Both the position numbers and the translations under genes were made by a program. A model generated the notes under the pieces. It saw only the letters and a list, made by a program, of their open reading frames with translations. It was not told the origin of the DNA and made no database searches. From Nitrososphaerota archaeon (GTDB lineage Archaea; Thermoproteota; Nitrososphaeria_A; Caldarchaeales; Calditenuaceae), in NCBI GenBank assembly GCA_038741355.1, contig JAVYLC010000008.1, forward strand, positions 1 through 24,000: a stretch of DNA of 24,000 bases, written 5' to 3'. The first letter of the stretch is position 1. Each line of letters begins with the position of its first letter. Below, one piece after another: positions 7,874 through 14,818 of this stretch.

Positions 7874-7947
7874 TGGGCCCGGTGGGATTCGAACCCACGA
7901 CCTACCGGTTATGAGCCGGCCGCTCCACCTGGCTGAGCTACGGGCCC
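7874..7947 (-). tRNA. tRNA with CAU anticodon (elongator Met, or more likely tRNA-Ile2 given the Ile-like acceptor stem); no intron, CCA not encoded
   Basis: The reverse complement folds as a canonical 74-nt cloverleaf: GGGCCCG-UA-GCUC-AGCCAGGUG-GAGC-G-GCCGG-CUCAUAA-CCGGU-AGGUC-GUGGG-UUCGAAU-CCCAC-CGGGCCC-A. G1-C72 rules out an archaeal initiator, which has A1-U72. Confidence 0.93.
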
Positions 7948-7966
7948 GTAGCATCAGCCTGCTCAG

Positions 7967-7975
7967 TTATATTTT
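7967..7975 (-). promoter_or_regulatory. TATA-like box (AAAATATAA on minus strand) for the tRNA gene
   Basis: The box is centred about 24 nt upstream of the mature tRNA 5' end at 7947. Confidence 0.45.
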
Positions 7976-8010
7976 CTACTGGGAGTAATTTAAGGTATCG
8001 CGTATTGAGG

Positions 8011-8030
8011 CCCAGTAAAGCTTTAGTGGG
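8011..8030. promoter_or_regulatory. 20-bp near-perfect palindrome (CCCAGTAAAGCTTTAGTGGG), candidate operator/promoter element of the wHTH gene
   Basis: 18 of 20 positions are self-complementary, centred on AAGCTT, 27-46 nt upstream of the ATG at 8057. The AT-rich centre is in the position expected for a TATA box. A further CCAGTGGG copy lies at 8044-8051. Confidence 0.35.
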
Positions 8031-8056
8031 AGGCGTATCTTTTCCAGTGGGAAGTT

Positions 8057-9817
8057 ATGAGGCGTGAGGACGGTCGGGCTGAGATAGCTTCTGTCTTAAG
8101 GGCAGTTTCCTCACCTATCAGACTCTCAATCATCGAGGCGCTAAATACGTCACAGATGAACTTCTCTGAATTGATAAAATATTCCGGACTAAGTGAGCGG
8201 GGCGATGTGGGGAAATTTACATACCATCTCAAAACACTGTTGAGGACAGGGCTCATCGAATACTCAAGTAAATCTCGAGTATACTCACTGACGCCTTTAG
8301 GTAGGAGAGTAGTCGAGGTGGTTCGTAACCTTCAACACAAATCAGTATCAGGCGAGCTGGTCATGCTTAATTGGGACTACTCCATTATGCCAATCAACCG
8401 AAACATCATAGCTGAACATGTAGTGGAGGCTGTTCAAATCCCAGCAGATCTCGCCCGCAGGGTTGGGATTCTAGTCGAGAAGAGGCTCGTGGAGCTGCAG
8501 ACACTTATGATTCCTAGGTGGCTTTTTGAGGATCTCTTGAGGGTTGAGCTTCTCTCTAGTAATGTTGAATTGGAGAAGATATCAAACATCATGCCATCAG
8601 GCCCCACAATACGGGAGCTCTACACAGCATTTCACAAATCCGTAGATAAAAATTGTCTAAAGTCACTAAACAACTATATGTTTGACACTGCCATGCGGAC
8701 GCTGGTTGTTGAGAAACTCTTCCAGAAGCAGCTTAAACAACACTACTACCTAGGAGAATTCGACCTGTATCCTATAGCCCGCGGCCCTGCGCAAATCTTC
8801 AGCATTTCACTCACCGGATACGAAGAATTTGTTATTCAAAAAGTAATGGATCTAGTATGTAACGACCTTGTTGTACGGATAGATGTTGACTCTGAAATAG
8901 GGCCTTATCACAACTCTTACTTCCCTTATCCCGAGAACATTTACTTTCTGATAGAGGGCTCTGCTTCAATTATAGCCAGACACTCCGAAAAGAGAGGGAA
9001 TGGTCATAGATTGGGTGAAGTCCTGAAAAGATGCGAGTGGGCCGATAAGGTCGGTGTAGGATTACCGGTCAGGGAATCAAGCCCCATCCTCTACACCTTC
9101 TACCGAGGTGATAGAACCCTATTCACACAATACGCGATTAAAACTTCTGTTTCGGGAGGCTTCGGGGTTCACTCCTTCATCGGCCTAAACATTCTGCGGC
9201 TATTAAGTGATGGAGAGTTCGACGAGTCTATTATAATTCAAAGAGTGTCCCCAATGCTTGAAAGGCTTGGCAGATATCTGGAGCGGTGCACGCACTACCT
9301 CTACAAATTCCATAAAGAGGCTCCGAGGATGCCGTTGCTTTACCTGATGGCTCCTGTGGGACTTGTAGAGGCTTTGAGATTGTTATCGACAGAGTCAAGC
9401 AAGGCGGAAGAGGGATACAATCTATTAGCCCGTGTTTTAAAGTCTCTCTCGGAAGCGATTAACAGCGTTTCATCCCTCCGGGGAAGAGTCATAATAGCCT
9501 CGAGCTGGCCACAACCGTTGTCGGACAGACTCTACTCAATCGATAAGGCTCTGGCGACTAATAGGTTCTACGCCGACACAGAAATACAGGAGCCATTAAA
9601 CCGATACTGTAACAGTCTCTCAGAGATATTCCTAACACTATGTTTAGATCATTTGCAGGACCTTGCTCAGTTATTGGGAGGTATTGTGATGGAGGATGCG
9701 TTGGTGGAAAGACTAATGGAGCTGCATGGGAGGGAGCCTGTACTGGATTTGCTGCAGTCACTTCCCATACTGCTGAGAAATCCACCTGAAGAAAGTTTCA
9801 GGTCTTCTGTGCCCTAA
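8057..9817 (+). CDS. ArsR-like winged-helix protein fused to a large uncharacterised C-terminal region (possible ATP-cone after the wHTH)
   Basis: 586 aa. Residues about 14-90 (SSPIRLSIIEALNTSQMNFSELIKYSGLSERGDVGKFTYHLKTLLRTGLIE...YSLTPLGRRVVEVV) match the ArsR/wHTH pattern. Residues about 100-168 (VMLNWDYSIMPINRNIIAEHVVEAV..DLARRVGILVEKRLVEL....LFEDLLRVELL) loosely resemble an ATP-cone. The remaining 400 or so residues contain no recognised motif. Confidence 0.8.
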   Translation: MRREDGRAEIASVLRAVSSPIRLSIIEALNTSQMNFSELIKYSGLSERGDVGKFTYHLKTLLRTGLIEYSSKSRVYSLTPLGRRVVEVVRNLQHKSVSGELVMLNWDYSIMPINRNIIAEHVVEAVQIPADLARRVGILVEKRLVELQTLMIPRWLFEDLLRVELLSSNVELEKISNIMPSGPTIRELYTAFHKSVDKNCLKSLNNYMFDTAMRTLVVEKLFQKQLKQHYYLGEFDLYPIARGPAQIFSISLTGYEEFVIQKVMDLVCNDLVVRIDVDSEIGPYHNSYFPYPENIYFLIEGSASIIARHSEKRGNGHRLGEVLKRCEWADKVGVGLPVRESSPILYTFYRGDRTLFTQYAIKTSVSGGFGVHSFIGLNILRLLSDGEFDESIIIQRVSPMLERLGRYLERCTHYLYKFHKEAPRMPLLYLMAPVGLVEALRLLSTESSKAEEGYNLLARVLKSLSEAINSVSSLRGRVIIASSWPQPLSDRLYSIDKALATNRFYADTEIQEPLNRYCNSLSEIFLTLCLDHLQDLAQLLGGIVMEDALVERLMELHGREPVLDLLQSLPILLRNPPEESFRSSVP

Positions 9818-10175
9818 GGCTCATTATAGCGCGGGCCAAATCCCCTCCAGATTCTAAGAGGGCTCTCCTAGCCTCTTCTGGCTCAACCCCCGCTTGGGCC
9901 GCGACCAAGGCTATATCTTCTGGACTTGGCTCATAAGGAGGCCTCTCCCCCACCTCTTTCTTCACAGGTTCAAACTCCTCACCACCTACAATCTGATACA
10001 TTCTGCCGGCCTGTGAGTTAATGGCCACAACAGTCGGCCCGCTTATCTTGATTACCCTGTCTTGAAGCTCTATCGTGACTTCTTTTGCAAGACCTAGCTC
10101 CTCCATTGAGACCCCTAGACTGCTAAGCATCCTCTCCTGCATCCTTCTCAGCTCTCGTGTACTAGGCCTTCTCAC
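9798..10175 (-). CDS. nac: nascent polypeptide-associated complex protein (NAC domain plus C-terminal UBA)
   Basis: NAC-domain pattern: MQERMLSSLGVSMEEL..EVTIEL.DRVIKISGPTVVAINSQAGRMYQIVG. UBA-like tail: EDIALVAAQAGVEPEEARRALLESGGDLARAIMSL. The start at 10175 is GTG. The 3' end overlaps the convergent 8057..9817 gene by 20 nt. Confidence 0.9.
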   Translation of the reverse strand: MRRPSTRELRRMQERMLSSLGVSMEELGLAKEVTIELQDRVIKISGPTVVAINSQAGRMYQIVGGEEFEPVKKEVGERPPYEPSPEDIALVAAQAGVEPEEARRALLESGGDLARAIMSLRAQKT

Positions 10176-10274
10176 TTCTACAGCGACATACAGTCTATCG
10201 TGGCCATGATTTATGGTTTTTAGCCGTAGAGGAGGAAACCCTTATCAAGCCTAGAGTGATAGTAGTGTATCGGA

Positions 10275-11540
10275 TTGGTTCAAGTCTCTGACCTTTATGC
10301 CTTCATACCCGTGGGGGGAGTGGCTAAAAGGCTCCAACCCCTCACATTAGAGGTGTCTAAAGCCCTAATTAGGTTTCTGGGGCGACCCCTTATAGAATAC
10401 GCTATTATCCACCTAGCGCGTCAGGGGGTAAGGAACTTCATCTTCGGGGTGAAGGGATATATAAATTATCGCTCCCTCTTCGACTATTTTCAAGAGGGCC
10501 ATGGGATCTCCTTAAAATACGCGATCACTCCACGAATCTCTATAAAGTATCAACCAAACATAGATGATGTTGGAAACGCTGATAGCTTCCTGATCAACCT
10601 GGACTACTACGACATAAACACTCCTATCCTTGTTGCGCAAGGCGATAATGTCTTCAACCTAGATTTAAAGGCTTTACTAGCCTTTCACGAGGAGAACTCA
10701 GCATTTGTCACGGTTGGTGTGAAGCGCGTATCGGACCCCTCTGCTTACGGGGTGGTTGAAGTAGATGGTAAGGGCAGAGTTAATGGGTTCGTGGAGAAGC
10801 CCCCTCGAGGTGAGGAACCATCAAACCTAGCCAGCACGGGGATCTACCTCTTCTCACAAGATGTTAGGCGAATTTGTTTAGATCCAGAACTCAGGGCGAG
10901 AAAGGCTTCTCTAAGGCGCCTCGACTTCGGATTAGACCTCATCCCCTATCTCATCAAGAAAGGGTACCGAGTATACGCTTACGAGATAAAGGGTGAATGG
11001 TATGATGTTGGAACACCTGAGCTCTATCTTGAGTCGATGATGAGGATCATGGATAGTGGATTTATGAACATCTTTTTCGGTGAGCCTACATACGAGTCGG
11101 GAGGCTCCAAGGTCTGGATACTTGGCCAGAGCCAGGCATCGATGCGTAGAAGGGATGAGATTCTCAGGAAGGTTAAGGAGGGGCGGATCAAGATTGACGG
11201 AAATGTCCTTATTGGGAGACATTGCCAGATTGGTGACGACGTCATTATCGGAGACTCATATATTGATAACTACTGCTTCATAGGGGATGGTGTAACAATC
11301 GAAAGATCAGCACTTCATGACCGAGTTTATGTTGGGGAAGGCGCCTATATACAGGATTCGATTATTGCGCGTCATGTAAAGATAATGTCCTCGAGAATCG
11401 AGCCCACTGTAATTCTAGGAGTAAGCGTTGTTGGAGACGACTCGGTAATAGAGAAGGGCTCTGTTCTAACCAATGCCAAGATAGAGCCCCATTCCTACAT
11501 CTCACGTGAGGCGATTCTCGCCAATAAGGAGACGGCCTAA
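10275..11540 (+). CDS. sugar-1-phosphate nucleotidyltransferase with C-terminal left-handed beta-helix (GlmU/ST0452-like)
   Basis: N-terminal NTP-transferase signature: IPVGGVAKRLQPLTLEVSKALIRFLGRPLIEY. C-terminal hexapeptide repeats: IDGNVLIGRHCQIGDDVIIGDSYIDNYCFIGDGVTIERSAL.... TTG start. Confidence 0.85.
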   Translation: MVQVSDLYAFIPVGGVAKRLQPLTLEVSKALIRFLGRPLIEYAIIHLARQGVRNFIFGVKGYINYRSLFDYFQEGHGISLKYAITPRISIKYQPNIDDVGNADSFLINLDYYDINTPILVAQGDNVFNLDLKALLAFHEENSAFVTVGVKRVSDPSAYGVVEVDGKGRVNGFVEKPPRGEEPSNLASTGIYLFSQDVRRICLDPELRARKASLRRLDFGLDLIPYLIKKGYRVYAYEIKGEWYDVGTPELYLESMMRIMDSGFMNIFFGEPTYESGGSKVWILGQSQASMRRRDEILRKVKEGRIKIDGNVLIGRHCQIGDDVIIGDSYIDNYCFIGDGVTIERSALHDRVYVGEGAYIQDSIIARHVKIMSSRIEPTVILGVSVVGDDSVIEKGSVLTNAKIEPHSYISREAILANKETA

Positions 11541-11549
11541 GGACCAGTC

Positions 11550-11585
11550 ACATTCTGCAAAATTGATCTGAGAATGTTTTATTTT
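11550..11585. terminator. hairpin plus T-run between convergent genes
   Basis: A perfect 7-bp inverted repeat, ACATTCT (11550-11556) and AGAATGT (11571-11577), has a 14-nt loop and is followed by TTTTATTTT. It sits between the stop of the nucleotidyltransferase gene and the stop of the minus-strand zinc-ribbon gene. Confidence 0.35.
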
Positions 11586-11818
11586 GGCTTCTGCTGTTTC
11601 TGCTCCTCTACATAGATGGCAGTGATTATGTGGGCATTTCCGCCACAGTTTGGACACTTCTCCTCAATATTTCTGAAGATATAGTCGCCCTCTCTGTGGG
11701 GTCGTGTGTGTATTGAGCCGCAGCTTAGGCATTTCAGCTGCGTTATAGGGTTGAAGGGTGCTGCCCTAGCCTTGGTGATGGAGCCTTCCTGTCCCACTCC
11801 GCTTATACTGTTGTTCAT
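11579..11818 (-). CDS. small zinc-ribbon protein, function unknown
   Basis: 79 aa with two CxxC knuckles (CLSCGS ... CPNCGG) 24 residues apart and a lysine/glutamine-rich tail. It starts 12 nt downstream of the DUF1512-like gene on the same strand. Confidence 0.6.
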   Translation of the reverse strand: MNNSISGVGQEGSITKARAAPFNPITQLKCLSCGSIHTRPHREGDYIFRNIEEKCPNCGGNAHIITAIYVEEQKQQKPK

Positions 11819-11830
11819 ACAGCCCCTCCC

Positions 11831-13003
11831 CTATATTCCCACGCCAATAGTGTTCCCTATACCGGCTACGATGGCCGTCCCATTAGAGGGAACCTTATCC
11901 CTTATCAACTCCTTCACCCTGTTCACAACAGCGTCAGCGGATTTTACAATGCTCTCCCTCATCGGTGTAATCGCCTCCAGTATCGACTGATATATCACGA
12001 TGGCGTAGAGCGGGACATTCTTCTCCTTCGCAATAGTCTCTATCTTGAACTTGTCGATACCTGGCCCGCCTATAGCTACGCCTACCCCCTCAGCTATCTT
12101 CCCAGTTTCCTCGCCCTCCAGCTTTAATGCCGCATCGATGGTTATTATCAAGTCTGGCTTAGTGTCCATCTCGTAGATAAGCTTCTTCACAGCCTCACCC
12201 GGCCTCCCAACTGTCCCACCAGGCCCGATAGGTCTTACCACATACACTTTCCTACCCTCAAACTCGACAACTTCAAGCCAGGTATCCTTAGCTATCTCCA
12301 TATCAGATATCTTCTTACTATCTTTAACAAACTTCGCAGCAGATAGCACGCCTATCCCATCTCCTATTGGAAGACCTTTGAGGAAGGCATATGATGCCTG
12401 CCTATATGACTCTGCCAGCTCCATTATCATGGGGAGCTGTATCTGTATCTGTACAGCCAAGAAGTAATTAGCCATCCTTTTACCCAACAGATAATAGTGC
12501 CGGACAACCCTGTAGATGATGTTGAGAGCCCTAGCCACCTCGACTAGGTTTGAGAGGCTCTTGACGCGGTGAATATCGGCCTTCGGCGCCATCCTAGAAA
12601 CACTCTCCTCAAAACGAGAATCACCAATCTCCAGTATATGCTCCAGCTTATACACAATTCCAGAAGGATCCATCGACTCTGGGGGAATGTAGAAGAACTC
12701 TAACAGGTTTTCCAGCTCCTTGTCTATCGCGGCTGAGTCCTTATTGTCATCGACATAAAGTTTGAGTGTGTTGACGGTCCTCTCCTTTACCTCATCTCTG
12801 ATCTGTTTAAGTACCGCCAGCCTCTTCTCGATATACCTTAGGATGAATGCCAGCTGTGTCTTCTGCCCGAAGTAGGGATAGATGAAGAAGAACGTTAGGA
12901 GGAATAAGAACCATAGTAGTTGGAATAGGACCGAAACGTTGTCTCCTGAAGTGGGTGCGAGTGTTACCACAGCTCCTCCTTTAAGTCTTCTCACGATGCT
13001 CAT
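11831..13003 (-). CDS. conserved archaeal membrane-anchored protein, probably DUF1512 family; function unknown
   Basis: 390 aa. It has an N-terminal hydrophobic anchor (VLFQLLWFLFLLTFFFIYPYF), a helical middle region, and Gly-rich C-terminal motifs (PIGDGIGV, GPGGTVGRPGEAVKKL, IDAALKLEGEETGKIAEGVGVAIGGPGIDK). The family assignment is from memory of the DUF1512 pattern and is not verified. Confidence 0.75.
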   Translation of the reverse strand: MSIVRRLKGGAVVTLAPTSGDNVSVLFQLLWFLFLLTFFFIYPYFGQKTQLAFILRYIEKRLAVLKQIRDEVKERTVNTLKLYVDDNKDSAAIDKELENLLEFFYIPPESMDPSGIVYKLEHILEIGDSRFEESVSRMAPKADIHRVKSLSNLVEVARALNIIYRVVRHYYLLGKRMANYFLAVQIQIQLPMIMELAESYRQASYAFLKGLPIGDGIGVLSAAKFVKDSKKISDMEIAKDTWLEVVEFEGRKVYVVRPIGPGGTVGRPGEAVKKLIYEMDTKPDLIITIDAALKLEGEETGKIAEGVGVAIGGPGIDKFKIETIAKEKNVPLYAIVIYQSILEAITPMRESIVKSADAVVNRVKELIRDKVPSNGTAIVAGIGNTIGVGI

Positions 13004-13054
13004 AAATAAACTTGCCTTAAGTTCGATAGAGACTAGGGGGGTCCTCTGTGTACT

Positions 13055-13519
13055 CTAGGGGACCGTTGTAGTCAACCATCTATTGTTAGAAACTCTGGGA
13101 CGCTCTTTTTTCTCTTTCTCCTTGGTTTTTTCCTTAATACTCTGTTGGAGTTGGCATTTATCCCTGTTGGAGAAGGTCTGACAGCATCTGCTACAATACC
13201 ACTCCCCCCTGCCATACTGTGGCTGAAGGCCCGATGGAATAAACAGAGACTCCCCATCTTCTTCATAGCTGAAACACGGTATTCCATCCTCAACCCACAA
13301 GGCTATTCTGACCTCTCTACCGGTGTTAGCCTCTAAATGGAACAGCGGTTTATACATGTTTGGTATTCTCAGCCTCCATCCTGCTGTAATGTCATATCTC
13401 CCCCTAATAACACCGATATACTCTCCCTTATCTGGTATGTTTAAAGACTGCCAAGCTGTTCTGGGTAGTTTAAGCCTCATCGAGCCTCTTTCCTCACATA
13501 CCATCCTGCTCCTCCACAA
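13055..13519 (-). CDS. hypothetical protein (true start probably Met14 at 13480)
   Basis: 154-aa ORF. An internal ATG at 13480 is preceded by purine-rich GAGGAAAGAGG and lies 13 nt after the stop of the upstream small ORF. The sequence has AbrB-like beta-hairpin-type segments (MRLKLPRTAWQSLNIPDKGEYIGVI, WRLRIPNMYKPLF), a Cys cluster (WYCSRCCQ...C) and a KEKTKEKEKKE tail. No family was recognised. Confidence 0.55.
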   Translation of the reverse strand: MWRSRMVCEERGSMRLKLPRTAWQSLNIPDKGEYIGVIRGRYDITAGWRLRIPNMYKPLFHLEANTGREVRIALWVEDGIPCFSYEEDGESLFIPSGLQPQYGRGEWYCSRCCQTFSNRDKCQLQQSIKEKTKEKEKKERPRVSNNRWLTTTVP

Positions 13520-13619
13520 TCGGAAGCCCCATTCTCAAGATAAGCTGTCTGGGGACTGTGAAACCGTCTCTAGTGGCTATGTGTGGAATACCTAAGTAGG
13601 TAAGGCTTTCAGAAACCAT
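13494..13619 (-). CDS. 41-aa ORF with SpoVT/AbrB-like half-domain (possibly a fragment of a frameshifted gene)
   Basis: This ORF is not in the track because it is under 60 aa. It reads MVSESLTYLGIPHIATRDGFTVPRQLILRMGLPIVEEQDGM. The segment DGFTVPRQLILRMGLP resembles the AbrB-type GxxTIPKxxRxxLGL pattern. It ends just inside the 5' end of the 13055..13519 ORF in another frame. Confidence 0.3.
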   Translation of the reverse strand: MVSESLTYLGIPHIATRDGFTVPRQLILRMGLPIVEEQDGM

Positions 13620-13715
13620 TTTCCTTTCCACTCTGGACGTGTAGATTGTTACGGCGTCCTCACCTCTCTCAAGCCTGTCAAGATGGTTTAGAGCAATAAA
13701 GGCATGTATTTCTCA

Positions 13716-13756
13716 GGGGAATGGGGGTGTTTGGGATGCTGTGGGGAGGCATGGGG
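13716..13756 (+). other. G-quadruplex-type motif with five G-tracts
   Basis: GGGG-AAT-GGGGG-TGTTT-GGG-ATGCTGT-GGGG-AGGCAT-GGGG. All loops are 7 nt or shorter, and the motif lies in non-coding DNA. Confidence 0.5.
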
Positions 13757-13889
13757 CCTCTACACAGTAGCCGAGCCCTTCTCAGACACCATGGAGGTGT
13801 TTGAGAAAGGTTTGTGGATGGATGCTGGAGACACGAAATGATCTTCAGAGGTTTCCGGAGACAATCCATGCGGGGGAGATTATCATCTT

Positions 13890-14150
13890 ATGGCGAGAGA
13901 AGCCCTGGCAGAGATAATGCCTTACATAGAAAGAACTAGGTCTTTCAGCCGTCTCAAAAATTTCTTCGGATTATTCAAAGCCAGGAAGGGGGTCAACAAA
14001 ATCTATAGCAAAACAGCAAGAGTTGCCATAATGCGTCTAACTTCAGCGGCTCTGAAAAATACACGTCACAAAGCCCGAGACGAGGAGAAAATTCTTAGGA
14101 TTATTTGGACGACGGTTAAGACCCGGGAAAGGCTGGAGGCGCCGGCCTGA
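13890..14150 (+). CDS. questionable small basic protein (86 aa)
   Basis: This is the only open frame in its segment. The product is K/R-rich (MAREALAEIMPYIERTRSFSRLKNFFGLFKARKGVNKIYSK...) with no recognised motif. Its stop codon lies inside the first arm of the palindrome cluster. It sits in an otherwise decayed locus. Confidence 0.3.
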   Translation: MAREALAEIMPYIERTRSFSRLKNFFGLFKARKGVNKIYSKTARVAIMRLTSAALKNTRHKARDEEKILRIIWTTVKTRERLEAPA

Positions 14151-14249
14151 ACACCAGGGAAAAAACCCTCTAGAAAGGCCGGCGCCAAGGATATATTACC
14201 GTATCCATTTGATACGGCCCTCATAAATTACGCCGGCCTTTCCCAAGGG
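14125..14249. repeat. cluster of GC-rich palindromic repeats built on GGGAAAGGCCGGCG(CC)
   Basis: Four pairings can be read from the sequence. (1) An 11-bp perfect inverted repeat, 14138-14148 with 14176-14186, whose loop contains the mini-hairpin AGGG-A6-CCCT at 14156-14169. (2) A 12-bp perfect inverted repeat, 14173-14184 with 14231-14242, enclosing a 7-bp hairpin at 14199-14205 / 14211-14217. (3) A 9-bp pairing, 14125-14133 with 14236-14244. The middle copy can pair with either the upstream or the downstream copy, but not both. Confidence 0.6.
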
Positions 14250-14528
14250 TCTTCTTAGATGTTGTTCTGGTTGGTTGCCTTCCAGCCAACTCTCCCCTTG
14301 TTTTTTCCTTCCAGAGGATTAAATACTGTACTGGTAGATGGTTCTAATCCGTGGGATGGGCTCTGTCTGGCTTGACGTCCTAAACACCCAGAACAGTTAT
14401 GGAGGGCTTCATCTGAGAGACAAGCTGTTCAAAAGAACCCGGAGCTTTAAAAAGTTTGTGAGAGCAGCCATCCTCCACAGGCTTTCAAACACCTCTGGAA
14501 AACGGTTAAAAAGCTGGTCAGACCTTAA

Positions 14529-14741
14529 TCTCAGCCAAATATTCTCTTCGGCGGAGGCCCGCTATGGAAACCTATTCCGGCAGCCATCTACGCCGCGACG
14601 CTTAGCTCAACAGGCAACTTCTACATCGCAAACTACATCCAGGTCATAAGTACAGAAATCCCCGACAAGATAATCTCCTTCGTAGTCGCTTTAGTCATTG
14701 CCTCAAGGGTTCCACGCCGACTTGTGCTACTGAAGAAATAG
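14529..14741 (+). pseudogene. start-less hydrophobic ORF stub, possible remnant of a membrane (transporter) protein C-terminus
   Basis: A 70-codon open frame with no Met reads SQPNILFGGGPLWKPIPAAIYAATLSSTGNFYIANYIQVISTEIPDKIISFVVALVIASRVPRRLVLLKK*. It is membrane-protein-like, whereas the 103-aa track ORF in the other frame looks non-protein-like. It lies immediately upstream of the EcfT-like remnant. Confidence 0.3.
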
Positions 14742-14818
14742 GCCGTCAGCCGGTGATGAGTCCTGAGCGCCCTCGGGTCAGTTCTTCTTAAAAAGACTGT
14801 CCTCGTCGGCAAACACCT

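Noticed and set aside
7718-7954. 78-aa minus-strand ORF
   Set aside because: It runs straight through the tRNA gene (7874-7947), and its translation (..GRSWVRIPPGP..) is simply the tRNA sequence read as protein.
13678-13869. 63-aa minus-strand ORF, and ORFs 13323..13595 (+) and 13145..13336 (+)
   Set aside because: Their composition is implausible (P/C/R/L-rich). They are antisense to, or out of frame with, better-supported reading frames or G-rich non-coding DNA.
14338-14649. 103-aa ORF in the decayed locus
   Set aside because: The product is S/T/R/K-rich with no hydrophobic core. In its 3' part another frame gives a much more protein-like hydrophobic sequence. It is most likely a chance ORF across pseudogene debris.
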